A DNA stretch of 64,000 nucleotides from Candidatus Binatia bacterium (GCA_035626675.1 DASPNH010000202.1:15020-79019); one strand, 5' to 3'. Numbered from the stretch's first letter, positions 19,137 to 31,185 are shown. Numbers and translations are program-made. The notes: a model not told the origin generated them from the letters alone.

Positions 19137-20145
19137 ACCGGCGGTGAGGCGAATAGACGCAGCAGGCGGGCGCGCATGGCCACGGCCGCGGACCGCGCGC
19201 TCCCAGGGTCGAGGTCGGCCGCCCCATGACATGGTCTTCGATCATGTCGACCAGCCCTGCTGCGAACCGCGGCGAGGCTCCGACGGCCTCGGCTCGAGCC
19301 AGGCGGATTCCGCATTCGGATGCGACCGCCGCGGCCTCGATGTCGAGATCGAACTTCACCTCCATGTGATCCGCGACGAAACCTATGGGCACCAGCACGA
19401 TCTCGCGCACGCCGTCCGAGGCCAAGGCGCGCAGGCGATCGCGGACGTCCGGCTCGAGCCACGGCTGCACGGCCGTCCCGCTGCGACTCTGATACACGAG
19501 CTCGTGAGCGAGCTCCGGCGCCGATCTGGCAGCAACGAGCGCGCAGGCTTCCTCGAGCTCCGCGACGTAGTCGGACGTGGTGGCCATTGCCGTGGGAATG
19601 GAATGCGCCGTGAAGAGCAGACGCACGCGTGGACGATTCGCATCGCCGAGCGAGGCCAGCGCGGCACGCGTATGCTCGGCCATGGTCTCGATGAAGCCGG
19701 GGTGGTTCCAATACGGTGCCAGCTTCTCGATGACCGGGGCGCCCTCTCCGACCACGGTGCGAGCGCGCTCGATGTCATCGAGATACTGGCGGCAGGCCGA
19801 ATAGGAGCTGTATGCCGAGGTGGCGATCGCGACCGCACGACCGATGCCGTCGCGCGCCATTTTCCGGACTGTATCTTCGAGAAACGGCGGCGCGTTGCGA
19901 TTGCCCCAGTAGACGGGCAGCGCGATGCCGCGCGCCTCGAGCTCGGCCTGCAGCGCCGCGATCAGCTTGCGACACTCCTCGTTGATGGGGCTGACGCCGC
20001 CGAACAGCATGTAGTGGGCGGCGACCTGCTCCAGGCGCTGGCGCGGAACGCCGCGCCCAGCCGTGACGCGCTCCAGAAACGGCATGACTTCGTCCGGGCC
20101 CTCGGGACCGCCGAAGGACAGCAGCAGGACGGCGTCGAAAGTCAT
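19135..20145 (-). CDS. hemH: Ferrochelatase (actinobacterial/coproporphyrin-type-like sequence)
   Basis: LLSFGGPEGPDEVMPFLERV, FGGVSPIN, LFTAHSIP, YQSRSG...PWLEPD, PIGFVADHMEVKFDLD. Start taken at MTFDAV. Confidence 0.9.
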   Translation of the reverse strand: MTFDAVLLLSFGGPEGPDEVMPFLERVTAGRGVPRQRLEQVAAHYMLFGGVSPINEECRKLIAALQAELEARGIALPVYWGNRNAPPFLEDTVRKMARDGIGRAVAIATSAYSSYSACRQYLDDIERARTVVGEGAPVIEKLAPYWNHPGFIETMAEHTRAALASLGDANRPRVRLLFTAHSIPTAMATTSDYVAELEEACALVAARSAPELAHELVYQSRSGTAVQPWLEPDVRDRLRALASDGVREIVLVPIGFVADHMEVKFDLDIEAAAVASECGIRLARAEAVGASPRFAAGLVDMIEDHVMGRPTSTLGARGPRPWPCAPACCVYSPHRR

Positions 20146-20201
20146 CGCGGCAGCACCCGATCCCATTGAACGAGCGCTGAGCGAAGCGCAAGCTGCCCCG
20201 C

Positions 20202-21224
20202 ATGCGACAGGTCTGGATTCCCAAAGCCGGTCCGCCCGAGGTTCTCGAAGTGCGCGAAGCGCCCGATCCGCAGCCGAAGGCCGGCGAGATCCGCGTTCGC
20301 GTCGAGGCCAGCGGAGTCAACTTCGCCGACATCATGGGCCGCCTCGGACTGTATCCCGATCTTCCGGCGATGCCGGTCGTGGTCGGCTACGAAGTCGGCG
20401 GCCGCGTCGACGCGGTCGGTGCCGGTGTCGATGCGAGCTGGAACGGACGCGACGTCTTCGCGATGACGCGCTTCGGCGGCTATTCCGACGTCGTCTGTGT
20501 TCCCGAGAACCAGGTGTTCGCGCGTCCGGGCGGCATGAGCGCCCAGCAAGGCGCCGCACTGCCCGTCAACTACTTCACGGCCTATCAGCTCGTCATCGTC
20601 ATGGGCGGCCTGCGCGCCGGCGAGACGATGCTCGTGCACTCGGCCGGAGGCGGCGTCGGCATCGCCGCCACCCAACTCGCCAAGCACATCGGGGCTACGG
20701 TGATCGGCACGGCCTCGCGCTCCAAGCACGAGCAGCTTGCCGCCATCGGCGTCGATCATCTCATCGACTATCGCACCGAGGACTTCGAGAAGCGTGCGCG
20801 CCAGATCACGGGCGGGCGCGGGGTCGAGCTCATCCTGGATGCCGTCGGCGGCGACTCGTTCAAGAAGGGCTACCGCCTGCTGGCGCCGACCGGGCGCCTG
20901 GGCATGTTCGGCATGTCGGCCGCCGCAAGTGGCAAGGAGCGCAGCATCGTCCGTGCGCTCAGGACGGTGGCAAGCATGCCGTGGCTGCAGTTCAATCCTC
21001 CCTCGCTGCTCAACGCCAACAAGGGCGTCTTCGGCGTCAACCTGGGTCACATGTGGGGAGAGGTCGCACGCCTGCGAGGCTGGGGCGAGCATCTGCTGGA
21101 GCTGTGGAAGCAGGGCGTGGTCAGGCCACACGTCGACGAGACCTTCCCGTTCGCGCAGGCGGCGGCAGCGCATCACTACATCCAGGACCGCAAGAATCTC
21201 GGCAAGGTGCTGCTGGTTCCGTGA
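20202..21224 (+). CDS. NADPH:quinone oxidoreductase / VAT-1-like MDR protein
   Basis: GVNFADIM, GYEVGG, HSAGGGVGIA, NLGKVLL. Confidence 0.85.
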   Translation: MRQVWIPKAGPPEVLEVREAPDPQPKAGEIRVRVEASGVNFADIMGRLGLYPDLPAMPVVVGYEVGGRVDAVGAGVDASWNGRDVFAMTRFGGYSDVVCVPENQVFARPGGMSAQQGAALPVNYFTAYQLVIVMGGLRAGETMLVHSAGGGVGIAATQLAKHIGATVIGTASRSKHEQLAAIGVDHLIDYRTEDFEKRARQITGGRGVELILDAVGGDSFKKGYRLLAPTGRLGMFGMSAAASGKERSIVRALRTVASMPWLQFNPPSLLNANKGVFGVNLGHMWGEVARLRGWGEHLLELWKQGVVRPHVDETFPFAQAAAAHHYIQDRKNLGKVLLVP

Positions 21225-21270
21225 TCGCCAGCGTCTTGTGACCGAAGCGGTTCCGCGCGACATTGCGCGC

Positions 21271-22449
21271 ATGAACGATCCGGTCGTCATCACGGGTTAC
21301 GCGCGCACTCCGATGGGCGGTTTTCTCGGCGATCTCTCCGCACTGCCCGCCACTCGCCTCGGGTCGGCTGCCATCGCGGCCGCACTGGAAAGGGCCTCGC
21401 TGCCCGGCGATGCCGTCGAGGAAGTGCTGATGGGCTGCGTGCTGCCTGCTGGACTCGGGCAGGCACCGGCGCGGCAGGCCGCACTCGGCGCGGGAATTCC
21501 GGCCAGTGCCGGCTGCACCACCGTCAACAAGATGTGCGGCTCGGGCATGCAGGCGGCGATCCTGGCGCACGACATCCTGGCGGCCGGAAGCCGCGACGTC
21601 ATCGTGGCCGGCGGCATGGAGAGCATGAGCAACGCGCCCTACCTGATGCCGAAGGCGCGCGCCGGCGCGCGCATGGGACATGCCGAGGTCAAGGACCACA
21701 TGTTCCTCGACGGTCTCGAGGATGCCTACGAGCAGGGACGCCTGATGGGCAGCTTTGCCGAGGAGACGGCCAGGCACTTCGGTTTCACCCGCGAGCAGCA
21801 GGACGCCTTCGCCGTCGAGTCGCTGATGCGCGCGCGCCGCGCCGGCCAGGGGGACTTCGATGCCGAGATCGTGCCGGTGACCGTCAAGACGCGCGGCGGC
21901 GAGCAGAGCATCGCCATCGATGAGCAGCCGGCCAAGGCATCGCCCGAAAAGATCCCGACGCTGCGACCCGCTTTCGCCAAGGACGGCACGGTGACGGCCG
22001 CCAATTCGAGCTCGATCTCCGACGGCGCCGCCGCGCTCGTGCTGATGCGGCGCAGCCAGGCACAGGCGCGCGGCTGCCCGGTCAGCGGCGTGATTCGTGC
22101 GCATGCGTTTCATGCGCAGGCGCCTGCCTGGTTCACGACGGCTCCGGTCGGCGCGATCCGCAAGGCGCTGGCTCGCGCAGGCTGGAGCGCCGATCAGGTC
22201 GACCTGTTCGAGATCAACGAGGCCTTCGCCGTGGTGACGATGGCGGCCATGCGCGAGCTGTCGCTCGACCATGATCGCGTCAACGTCAGCGGCGGCGCAT
22301 GTGCGCTGGGTCATCCCATCGGCGCATCCGGCGCCCGCATCGTGGCGACGTTGCTGTCGGCCCTGGCGCGCCGCGGGCTGAAGCGGGGCGTGGCCGCGCT
22401 GTGCATCGGCGGAGGCGAAGCCACCGCGCTGGCGGTGGAACGAGTCTGA
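21271..22449 (+). CDS. Acetyl-CoA C-acyltransferase (thiolase)
   Basis: NKMCGSG active-site Cys, [23 protein letters not shown]. Confidence 0.93.
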   Translation: MNDPVVITGYARTPMGGFLGDLSALPATRLGSAAIAAALERASLPGDAVEEVLMGCVLPAGLGQAPARQAALGAGIPASAGCTTVNKMCGSGMQAAILAHDILAAGSRDVIVAGGMESMSNAPYLMPKARAGARMGHAEVKDHMFLDGLEDAYEQGRLMGSFAEETARHFGFTREQQDAFAVESLMRARRAGQGDFDAEIVPVTVKTRGGEQSIAIDEQPAKASPEKIPTLRPAFAKDGTVTAANSSSISDGAAALVLMRRSQAQARGCPVSGVIRAHAFHAQAPAWFTTAPVGAIRKALARAGWSADQVDLFEINEAFAVVTMAAMRELSLDHDRVNVSGGACALGHPIGASGARIVATLLSALARRGLKRGVAALCIGGGEATALAVERV

Positions 22450-22615
22450 GGCCGATATCGCTGCGCCGACGCGCCGCAATCACCGCGGCCGAAAGGTGCG
22501 CCGTTTCGTCGTGGCCAGCTGCGCCGCGGGCGAGCGATTTCGGATCCGCGGCTGCGGTGGAGCGTTCGACGTTGCCGGCTATACTCGCGCGAGCCTGTCT
22601 TCCCGGAGGTACCCG

Positions 22616-23209
<594 letters not shown>

Positions 23210-23218
23210 TTTCGGAAT

Positions 23219-23273
23219 GGGGTCAGGTACTGAAAATCAGGGTGATGCACCCTGATTTTCAGTACCTGACCCC
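23219..23273. repeat. 26-bp perfect inverted repeat (palindromic element family)
   Basis: ggggtcaggtactgaaaatcagggtg-atg-caccctgattttcagtacctgacccc; a further half copy tctgacccc at about 23280-23288. Confidence 0.9.
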
Positions 23274-24685
23274 TTCTTGTCTGACCCCTGCTTCTTTCGA
23301 AGCAGCGGGCGGCCCGCGAGGATGACCTCGCGAATCTTCTCGGTGTCCTCGATTCGTGCGGTGGGATCGCCGTCGACCAGGACGAGGTCGGCGCGTTTGC
23401 CGGCATCGATCTCGCCGAAGTTGGCATCGCGGCCGGAGAGGAAGCGGGCGTTGTCGTAGGTCGCGGCGCGCAGCGCCTGGCCCGGCGACATGCCGGCCTC
23501 GACCAGCTTTCTCATCTCCAGATGCAGGCCTGCGCCGGGAATGTTTCCCGGATTGGCCGCGTCGCTGCCCGCAAGCACCGGCACACCCGCTGCCATCAGC
23601 TTGCCGACGTTGCGCCGTCGTATCTCCCACGCATCCGATGCCGCCTTCATGAACACCTTGGCTTCCGGTCTGGCCGGCGTCGCCAGCAGCAGCTCCACGA
23701 GCTCGTCCGATGCGACCTCGCGCTCGATGGGAAGGAAGTCTTCGATCTTCGTGCGCGGACGTCCGCCCAGATCCCATCCGGCGATGGTGGCCACGACCGG
23801 CGTCGGCTCGTGCGCCAGTGCCGCGACGGTTTCCTCGCTGAGCTCGTCGCGCCACGGCGAATGCGCCAGTGCGTCCGCACCGGCGCGCACCGCTGCCAGA
23901 GCTTCGGCCGAATCGCCGATGTGGACGATGGAGCGGATGCCGGAGGCGTGCCCGGCCTCGATGATGCCGGCAAGCGCCTCCTGCGAAAGGTTGGGAACGT
24001 CCCCGGCAGCGCCCACGTCGATGGTGATCTTGAGGATGTCGGGGCGATGCTCGAGCAGCTCGGCCACGGCCTCATGGGCATCCTGCGCACCGGCGATTTC
24101 GCGCGTCGCGCGCGGCAGCACGTACCAGCGCAGATACCACGGCAGCCACTCTCGCAGCACTTCGGCCGGATGACCGCCGTGCGCCGTAAAAACCGGACCG
24201 GCCGCGAACACGCGCGGGCCGAGCCGCTCGCCGCGTGCGATCTCGTCGCGCTGCTCGAAAATGGCCGGTGCGAGGCTGCCCAGATCCAGCACGGTGGTGA
24301 CGCCTGCGTAGAGAAAGGCCGCCAGGTTGGCGTCCAGGTCGGGCAGCGAGCCGGTCGCGCCGGGCGGATTCGACGACGAGCCGGTGTGGGTATGGGTGTC
24401 GACGAGGCCCGGCAGCAGAGTGCCGCCGCCGCCGTCCAGCTCGGGGGCGCCGCCCGAGTCCAGCCCGCATTCGCTTATCTTCTCGATGCGACCCTCGCGC
24501 ACGAGCACGTCCATCATGCCGTCGCTCAGACGCGCGCGCGGTGCATCGAAGACGCGAACGTTGCGGATCACGAGCGAGCCGGAGTGATCCTCTGGTAGCG
24601 ATACCAGGCGCTCGCCGCCTCGGCCGCAGCCGGCGACCAGCAGCACGAAGGCGGGTGCGAGAATGCGTAGGAGGGCAGATGCCAT
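23237..24685 (-). CDS. Amidohydrolase family lipoprotein (imidazolonepropionase-like)
   Basis: Start MASALL (24685) or MLVAV (24700); lipobox-like LVAGC; LLPGLVDTHTH, AGSDA, GKRADLVLVDGDP. The 1050-aa track ORF is an upstream antisense extension. Confidence 0.82.
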   Translation of the reverse strand: MASALLRILAPAFVLLVAGCGRGGERLVSLPEDHSGSLVIRNVRVFDAPRARLSDGMMDVLVREGRIEKISECGLDSGGAPELDGGGGTLLPGLVDTHTHTGSSSNPPGATGSLPDLDANLAAFLYAGVTTVLDLGSLAPAIFEQRDEIARGERLGPRVFAAGPVFTAHGGHPAEVLREWLPWYLRWYVLPRATREIAGAQDAHEAVAELLEHRPDILKITIDVGAAGDVPNLSQEALAGIIEAGHASGIRSIVHIGDSAEALAAVRAGADALAHSPWRDELSEETVAALAHEPTPVVATIAGWDLGGRPRTKIEDFLPIEREVASDELVELLLATPARPEAKVFMKAASDAWEIRRRNVGKLMAAGVPVLAGSDAANPGNIPGAGLHLEMRKLVEAGMSPGQALRAATYDNARFLSGRDANFGEIDAGKRADLVLVDGDPTARIEDTEKIREVILAGRPLLRKKQGSDKKGSGTENQGASP

Positions 24686-24734
24686 GACGGCAACTAGCAT
24701 CGCGGCCGCCGCCAATCCAGGCATCGCGGCCCGC

Positions 24735-24881
24735 GCGGACTCGTGTCGTGCCGGCGCGGCCACGTCTGGTGCGGACGCGGCCTCGTCCCGTGCGGACACG
24801 GCCTCGTCCCGTGCGGACACGGCCTCGTCTCGTGCTGGCGCGGACTCGTCTCGTGCCGGCGCGGACTCGTGTCGTGCGAGG
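24735..24881. repeat. Tandem repeat, 21-bp unit x7
   Basis: Units at 24735, 24756, 24777, 24798, 24819, 24840 and 24861; consensus (g/a)cgg(a/c)ctcgtNNcgtgc(cggc/ggac). Confidence 0.9.
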
Positions 24882-24934
24882 GCAACCCGACGCCGCAACT
24901 TCCTGTTTTCCACCGGCTGCGATTGAATCCACCG

Positions 24935-26221
24935 ATGCCCTCCGAGCAGGACCAGCCCCGCGGCGGCGACGTCGAGGAGCTTCTGGCGGCCGAGGACGCG
25001 ATCGCCGAAGCGCGCCGCCGCCGCATCGTCATCGCCGCCGGTGCGCTGGCGCTGGGAGCGGCGGTGTGGTGGGCGATGAGCTCCGACGACGACGACCAGC
25101 GCATCCGCTACGCGACCGAGCCGGTCATGCGTGGCAACCTCGTGGTCACGGTCAGCGCCACCGGCGCGCTTCAGCCGACCAATCAGGTCGAGATCGGCAG
25201 CGAGCTCTCGGGAATCGTCGACACCGTCGCGGTCGACCACAACGATCGCGTCAACAAGGGCCAGGTACTGGCGCGGCTGGACCTTTCCCGGCTCAACGCC
25301 GAAGCCCTGCAGTCGCAGGCCGAGCTCGACGTGGCCAGGGCCGGCCTTCAGGAACGCCGCGCCACCTTGGCGGAAGCCGAAGCGTCGCTGGCCCGCCTGA
25401 TCCAGGTCCGCAAGGCCAGCGGAGGCCGCGTTCCCTCCAGGCAGGAAATGGACAACGCCGAGGCGGCCGTCGCGCGCGGCCGCGCTGCCATCGCCAACTC
25501 GCAGGCGCAGATCGAGCTGGCACAGGCCAAGGTCGACTTCGCCAACACCAACCTTGCCAAGGCCGAGATCCGATCGCCGATCGACGGCGTGGTGCTGAGC
25601 CGCGCCGTCGAGCCGGGCCAGACCATCGCGGCATCGTTCCAGGCACCCAAGCTGTTCACGCTGGCCGAGAGCCTCGAGCAGATGGAGCTGGAGGTCGACG
25701 TCGACGAGGCCGACGTTGGTCAGGTTCGCGAAGGACAGAACGCGACGTTCACCGTCGACGCCTACCCCGACCGGCATTTCCCCGCGCGCATCACGCAGCT
25801 TCGCTACGCGTCCGAGACCGTCAACAACGTGGTCAGCTACAAGGCCGTACTCGAAGTCGACAACGACGATCTGGCGCTGCGACCCGGCATGACGGCAACC
25901 GCCGAGATCGTCGTCGCCACCGTCGACGACGCGGTGCTGGCTCCCAACGCGGCGCTGCGTTTCGTGCCGCCGCGCACGCGCGAGGACGATCGCAGCCTGC
26001 TGCAGAAGATCATCCCGTTCAGCCGCCGGCGCGGCGGCCCGCAAAAGAGCGAGGAGCCCGCGGGCAGGGAACGCACGGTCTACCGGCTCGAAGGCGGCGA
26101 GCCGGCGCCGGTCAAGATCACCATCGGCCTGACCGACGGCCGCCACACGCAGGTCGTCGAAGGCGAGGTGCGCGCCGACGAGAATCTGATCGTCGACGCC
26201 ACGATGCCGAAGGAACAGTGA
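24935..26221 (+). CDS. Efflux periplasmic adaptor subunit (MacA-like)
   Basis: N-terminal TM; VSATGALQP, IGSELSG, IRSPIDGVVL, VDVDEADVGQV, LRPGMTA. Confidence 0.9.
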   Translation: MPSEQDQPRGGDVEELLAAEDAIAEARRRRIVIAAGALALGAAVWWAMSSDDDDQRIRYATEPVMRGNLVVTVSATGALQPTNQVEIGSELSGIVDTVAVDHNDRVNKGQVLARLDLSRLNAEALQSQAELDVARAGLQERRATLAEAEASLARLIQVRKASGGRVPSRQEMDNAEAAVARGRAAIANSQAQIELAQAKVDFANTNLAKAEIRSPIDGVVLSRAVEPGQTIAASFQAPKLFTLAESLEQMELEVDVDEADVGQVREGQNATFTVDAYPDRHFPARITQLRYASETVNNVVSYKAVLEVDNDDLALRPGMTATAEIVVATVDDAVLAPNAALRFVPPRTREDDRSLLQKIIPFSRRRGGPQKSEEPAGRERTVYRLEGGEPAPVKITIGLTDGRHTQVVEGEVRADENLIVDATMPKEQ

Positions 26222-27009
26222 GCGGCGCGGCGGCAGACGGCGGCGTGCGCGGTGCGGGCACCCGCGGAGTCGGGCAGCGCGATGTCGACGATGCTGCGCG
26301 GCAGGCGACCGGTCGCGGCGACGGCCCGCTGATCCAGCTGCGCGCGGTGCGCAAGGTCTACGGCAGCGGCCAGGCGGCGATGCATGCACTGCGCGGCGTC
26401 GACCTCGACATCCATCGCGGCGAGTTCGTGGCGGTGATGGGGCCGAGCGGCTCGGGCAAATCGACCTGCATGAACATCGTCGGCTGTCTGGATACCCCGA
26501 GCGGCGGCAGCTATCGCTTCCGCGGCGTCGAGGTCACCACGCTGACGCGGCGCCAGCGCGCACTGCTGCGCCGCTTCTGGCTCGGCTTCGTGTTCCAGGG
26601 GTTCAACCTGCTGCCGCGCACGACGGCGGTCGAGAACGTCGAGCTGCCGCTGATGTACCGCGGCACGCGGCCGCGCGAGCGGCGCGCCGCTGCGCTGGCG
26701 GCGCTGGCCGAAGTGGGGCTGACCGGCTGGGAGACGCACACTCCGGGCGAGCTGTCGGGCGGACAGCAGCAGCGCGTGGCGATCGCGCGCGCCATCGTCA
26801 CCAAGCCTTCCCTGCTGCTTGCCGACGAGCCCACGGGCAATCTCGACTCGGCCCGCAGCGTCGAGATCATGGAGCTGCTCGGCCGCTTCAATCGCGATGC
26901 GGGAATCACCGTGGTCATGGTCACGCACGAGCCGGACATGGCACGGTACGCGCGCCGTATCGTGCACTTCACCGACGGCCTGGTTTCCTCGGACGAGGCC
27001 CGCCACTGA
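26218..27009 (+). CDS. ABC transporter ATP-binding protein (MacB/LolD-like)
   Basis: GTG overlaps the upstream stop; Walker [34 protein letters not shown]. Confidence 0.92.
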   Translation: MSGAAADGGVRGAGTRGVGQRDVDDAARQATGRGDGPLIQLRAVRKVYGSGQAAMHALRGVDLDIHRGEFVAVMGPSGSGKSTCMNIVGCLDTPSGGSYRFRGVEVTTLTRRQRALLRRFWLGFVFQGFNLLPRTTAVENVELPLMYRGTRPRERRAAALAALAEVGLTGWETHTPGELSGGQQQRVAIARAIVTKPSLLLADEPTGNLDSARSVEIMELLGRFNRDAGITVVMVTHEPDMARYARRIVHFTDGLVSSDEARH

Positions 27010-28217
27010 TGTGGTGGGACACGCTCCTGCTGGCGCTGCGTCAGATCCGCCGCAACGCGCTGCGCTCGTTCCTGACCGTGCTCGGCATCGTCATCGGGGT
27101 TGCCGCCGTCATCACGATGGTGACGGTGGGCGGCGGCGCCACCGCCAAGATCAGCGCCGACATCTCCAGCCTGGGCAGCAACATCCTGTACGTCTCGCCG
27201 GGGCAGGGACGCGGGCCGGGACGCGGCTCGTCCAATTCCAGGCCGTTCACCGAGCGTGACGTCGAGGCGCTGGCCGAACAGATCGGCTCGCTGGCCGCGG
27301 TCGCCCCGACTTCCAGCAGCGCAGCGGTGGTCGTGTATGGCAACGCCAACCGCAACACGACCATCGTCGGCACCACCAACGACTACTTCGTCGCGCGCGC
27401 TTGGCCGCTGGCATCGGGCCGCCTGTTCAACGAAGCCGAGCTGCGCTCGGGCAAGGCGGTCTGCGTGATCGGGCAGACCGTGCGACAGGAGCTGTTCGGC
27501 GGCATCGATCCGGTAGGCGAGCTGATCCGGGCCGGCAAGGTCACGTGCCAGGTGATCGGCTTGCTGATCGCCAAGGGCCAGTCCGGCATGGGCAGCGATC
27601 AGGACGACACCGTCATCATGCCGCTGCACACGCTGCAGCGCCGGCTGACCGGCAACCAGGATGTCTCCTCGATGCTGGTCTCGGTCAGTGACGAGAGCTC
27701 CACCGACAAGGCGGCGCGCGACATCCGCATGCTGATGCGCGAGCGGCGCCATCTTTCGGCCGGCGACGAGGACGACTTCAGCGTCTTCGACATGAAGGAG
27801 ATCGCGGCCACGCTGACCGGCACGACGCGGGTGTTGACCACGCTGCTCGGCGCGGTGGCCGCCGTCAGCCTGCTGGTGGGCGGCATCGGCATCATGAACA
27901 TCATGCTGGTGTCGGTCACCGAGCGCACGCGCGAGATCGGCACGCGCCTGGCCGTCGGCGCGCTCGAAGGCGAGGTGCTGCTGCAGTTCCTGGTCGAAGC
28001 CGTCGTACTTTCGCTGATCGGCGGCTTGATCGGAATTGCCCTTGCCATCGGCGCTGCCGTCGCGATCACGCGCGGGATGGAGATCCCCTTCCTGCTCGAC
28101 CCGGGCATCGTGGCGCTGGCGTTCCTGTTCTCGGGCGCCATCGGCGTGATCTTCGGATTCTTTCCGGCCCGCCGTGCGGCGCGGCTCGATCCCATCGAGG
28201 CGCTGCGACATGAGTAG
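27009..28217 (+). CDS. ABC transporter permease (MacB/FtsX family)
   Basis: [56 protein letters not shown]. Confidence 0.93.
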   Translation: MWWDTLLLALRQIRRNALRSFLTVLGIVIGVAAVITMVTVGGGATAKISADISSLGSNILYVSPGQGRGPGRGSSNSRPFTERDVEALAEQIGSLAAVAPTSSSAAVVVYGNANRNTTIVGTTNDYFVARAWPLASGRLFNEAELRSGKAVCVIGQTVRQELFGGIDPVGELIRAGKVTCQVIGLLIAKGQSGMGSDQDDTVIMPLHTLQRRLTGNQDVSSMLVSVSDESSTDKAARDIRMLMRERRHLSAGDEDDFSVFDMKEIAATLTGTTRVLTTLLGAVAAVSLLVGGIGIMNIMLVSVTERTREIGTRLAVGALEGEVLLQFLVEAVVLSLIGGLIGIALAIGAAVAITRGMEIPFLLDPGIVALAFLFSGAIGVIFGFFPARRAARLDPIEALRHE

Positions 28218-28328
28218 CGGCGTACCTGACCCGCTGTGTGCGACGCGCGCGATATGCAGCATGAGTAGCCGCTTCGTACCCCACGCAACTGCGAGTGCGG
28301 CGGCGGCGATCCATCGGAGCGCCGCCGC

Positions 28329-29873
28329 ATGAGCAGGCGCCTGGCATGTCTTGCCGCACTGTGCGCGCTGGCGGCCGGCTGCTTCAAGGTCGGTCCCGAC
28401 TATCGCGAGCCTCTGGTGCCTGCACTGTCGCGATGGAACGCGCCGCTGGAGCGCGGGCTCGAGCCGGGAGCGCGGGATCTCGCGCACTGGTGGCGTCTTC
28501 TCGGCGACCCGATGCTCGACTCGCTGATCGAGCGAGCGATCGCTCGCAACACCGACATCGCGCGTGCGACGGCAGCCGCGCTCGAGGCTCGTGCGCGGCG
28601 CACCGGCTCGATCGCATCGCTCTTTCCCGCCGCCGACGTCGATGCCGGCTACCGCAGGCAGAAGCGCACGGGCAGCTTCGGATCGTTCAGCAACGCGGAC
28701 GACGGCAGCGGATCGACCGGCGGCGGCAGCACGGGAGCGACGAACGCCTGGTCGGCGGGCTTCGATGCGAGCTGGGAGATCGATCTGTTCGGCGGCGTGC
28801 GTCGCGGCATCGAGGAGAGCCAGGCGACGCTGGAGGCCGCGCGCGCGGATCTGCGCGACGTCCTGGTGACGGTGCTGGCCGAGGTCGCACGCAACTACGT
28901 CGAGCTGCGCTCGCTGCAGGAACGAATCGCCATCGCCCACGCCAACGCGGAGAGCCAGGGCGAGACGCTGCAGCTGACGCGCTGGCGTTTCGAGGCAGGA
29001 CTGGTCGGCGATCTGGACGTGCAGCAGGCGACGTATCAGCTCTCGCAAACGCGGGCCGGCATCCCGACGCTGGAGAGCGAGCTCGCGCAGATCGGTCATC
29101 GCCTTGCCGTGCTGCTCGGAGCTCCGGCCGGATCGCTCGATGCCGAGCTCGCCCCGCGCGGCCCGGTGCCCGAACCGCCTGCGCGCGTCGCCGTCGGAGT
29201 TCCGGCCGATCTGCTGCGCCGCCGCCCGGATGTTGCGGCGGCCGAGCGCCGGCTCGCCTCGGCGACCGCGGCCATCGGCGTGGCCACGGCCGACCTGTAT
29301 CCGAAGCTGTCGCTGACCGGATCGCTCGAGCTGTCGGCGACGTCGCTGAGCGGGCTCGACGACGACAGCGCCCGCGGCTACGGCATCGGCCCGAGCCTGC
29401 GCTGGAATCTCTTCGATGCCGGTCGCATCCGGGCCGAGATCGCCGCGCGCTCGGCGCAGGCCGATCAGGCGCTGGCTGACTACGAGGCGGCCGTGCTGGC
29501 CGCGTACGAGGAAGCCGAGAACGCGCTCGTCGCATTCGCACGCGAGCAGGTCCGCCGCGATCGCCTGGCGCACGCGGTCGGTGCTGCGCGCGACGCGGAA
29601 AGGCTCGCGCGCTTCCAGTACGAGAACGGCGTGATCGACTTCCAGTCGGTGCTCGAGGCGCAGCGCGCGCGGCTCGGGCTGGAAGAGTCGCTGGCGATCA
29701 GCCACGCCGCCGTCACCACCAATCTGGTGGCGCTGTACAAGGCACTCGGCGGCGGATGGGAACGCGTCCAGCCGCCGCCGGTGACATCGCCCGTCGTGCA
29801 GGAGGACGCACCACGCGCGCGCGATGCGCCGTCGTCGCCTGGCGCGGGAGAAGTCAGTACACGAACGGAATGA
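28329..29873 (+). CDS. Efflux outer-membrane lipoprotein (TolC/NodT family)
   Basis: Lipobox [40 protein letters not shown]. Confidence 0.92.
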   Translation: MSRRLACLAALCALAAGCFKVGPDYREPLVPALSRWNAPLERGLEPGARDLAHWWRLLGDPMLDSLIERAIARNTDIARATAAALEARARRTGSIASLFPAADVDAGYRRQKRTGSFGSFSNADDGSGSTGGGSTGATNAWSAGFDASWEIDLFGGVRRGIEESQATLEAARADLRDVLVTVLAEVARNYVELRSLQERIAIAHANAESQGETLQLTRWRFEAGLVGDLDVQQATYQLSQTRAGIPTLESELAQIGHRLAVLLGAPAGSLDAELAPRGPVPEPPARVAVGVPADLLRRRPDVAAAERRLASATAAIGVATADLYPKLSLTGSLELSATSLSGLDDDSARGYGIGPSLRWNLFDAGRIRAEIAARSAQADQALADYEAAVLAAYEEAENALVAFAREQVRRDRLAHAVGAARDAERLARFQYENGVIDFQSVLEAQRARLGLEESLAISHAAVTTNLVALYKALGGGWERVQPPPVTSPVVQEDAPRARDAPSSPGAGEVSTRTE

Positions 29874-30930
29874 TGCGCCACGGCACGCGGCGGCAGTACT
29901 CCTGCCACAGCTCCCCGTAGCGCTCGGCGCAGCGACGGTCGTCGTCGGCCTGGCGCGGAAACAGCAGCGCCACGTAGTAGAGCGGATAGAGCCACGGCGC
30001 CAGGACGCCGGGATGCCCGAGGCTCAGCGTCAACCCGCACGCCATCAGGATCTCGCCCAGATAGTTGATGTGACGCGAGAGTCCCCAGAAACCGCCCGTC
30101 AGCACGTGGCGGCCGCCGTCGCTCAGAGGCCGCGGATCCAGAACGCCGAAGGCCTTGGCCTGCGGGTCACGCTTGAACTGGAACTTCTGGAGATTGGCGC
30201 CGCGCGACAGCACCCAGCCGCCGAAGAACATCAGCGCACACAGCGCCAGAGCCAGTGCCGAAGTGTGAGGATTCGGCAGTTCGGCCACTGCCCACAACCC
30301 GATGCAGTAGAAGAACGGATAGAAGACCAGGCATCCCCACCCCAGCTTGAATCCCACGCGCTCGGCCATGAAGTCGTAGGTGTAAAGATGCACCTCTTCG
30401 AAGTTCAGGTACTCGACCACGAAGAAGCTGAACATCGCTGCGTACAGGAAGACGCCGGGAGAAGGGTCGTTCGGATGCAGCGCTACGTGATGCGCCGTGA
30501 ACGACAGGATGTTGAGCTCGAGCATGACGGCGCCGATCAGGTAGAGAACCATCTTGGCGTCGAGCAGTCCGCCGGCCGTCTGCGGATTCTCCCAGCGGCC
30601 CAGGTAGAGCTCTTCGAGAAGGCTCTTGCCCGCCACCTTGGGCGCCGGCAGCACGATGGCCAGCGTGAATACCAGGCCGAGAGCGCACGCGCCTGCGGCC
30701 ATGTCCCAGCGGTGAACGTAGAAGGCGTCCCACGCCAGCACACCCAGCTGACAGGCAAGCGCCCACGCGGCGATGGTGATGACGAGGACGCGAAGACCGT
30801 TGAGGCGGTAGCGCAGGCGCTCGCCCGTGACTTTGTCGACGACATAGCCGGTCACCCAGCGGCCCGGCACGATGAGGTGCAGCCCGAGGATGAAGGCGTA
30901 GATCAGCAGCGGCCAGAGGAATGCAGGCAC
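29854..30930 (-). CDS. ERG4/ERG24 family sterol reductase (Delta14/Delta7-like)
   Basis: [71 protein letters not shown]. Confidence 0.85.
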   Translation of the reverse strand: MPAFLWPLLIYAFILGLHLIVPGRWVTGYVVDKVTGERLRYRLNGLRVLVITIAAWALACQLGVLAWDAFYVHRWDMAAGACALGLVFTLAIVLPAPKVAGKSLLEELYLGRWENPQTAGGLLDAKMVLYLIGAVMLELNILSFTAHHVALHPNDPSPGVFLYAAMFSFFVVEYLNFEEVHLYTYDFMAERVGFKLGWGCLVFYPFFYCIGLWAVAELPNPHTSALALALCALMFFGGWVLSRGANLQKFQFKRDPQAKAFGVLDPRPLSDGGRHVLTGGFWGLSRHINYLGEILMACGLTLSLGHPGVLAPWLYPLYYVALLFPRQADDDRRCAERYGELWQEYCRRVPWRIIPFVY

Positions 30931-31185
30931 GTGTCTCCCTCCCTCATGGGTGGTGCATCACGGATTCGTTCCGCTACCGGGGTTGCATCTATGCCGTCGG
31001 TGCCGATGTTTCCAGGCGGACCGGCGGCGTTTCGCGATCACGGCGACGGGCGCGCAATCACCCAAATGCCATGGCGTGACTACCCCGTTTCCATTATCGT
31101 TTTGAATGTCTGGCCCCTCATGACGTCGGTTGAGGCGAGGGACCTGATCCTTAGCGGGACGAGAAGGCCTCGACGAGGAAGAGAA

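Noticed and set aside
19135-20145. Horizontal transfer of hemH from Actinobacteria
   Set aside because: The sequence looks actinobacterial by eye, but its composition matches the flanks and the claim needs a phylogeny I cannot run.
23237-26389. 1050-aa minus-strand ORF that looks like a large fusion
   Set aside because: Only the last ~480 aa have amidohydrolase motifs. The rest is the stop-free antisense of the MacA-like gene, which is common at this GC content.
26511-29705. 1064-aa minus-strand ORF, and similar long shadow ORFs (13117-15483, 56828-59146, 6727-8625, 29824-31521)
   Set aside because: They lie antisense or out of frame to genes with clear family motifs, and their products are Arg/Ala/Gly-rich with no recognisable domain.
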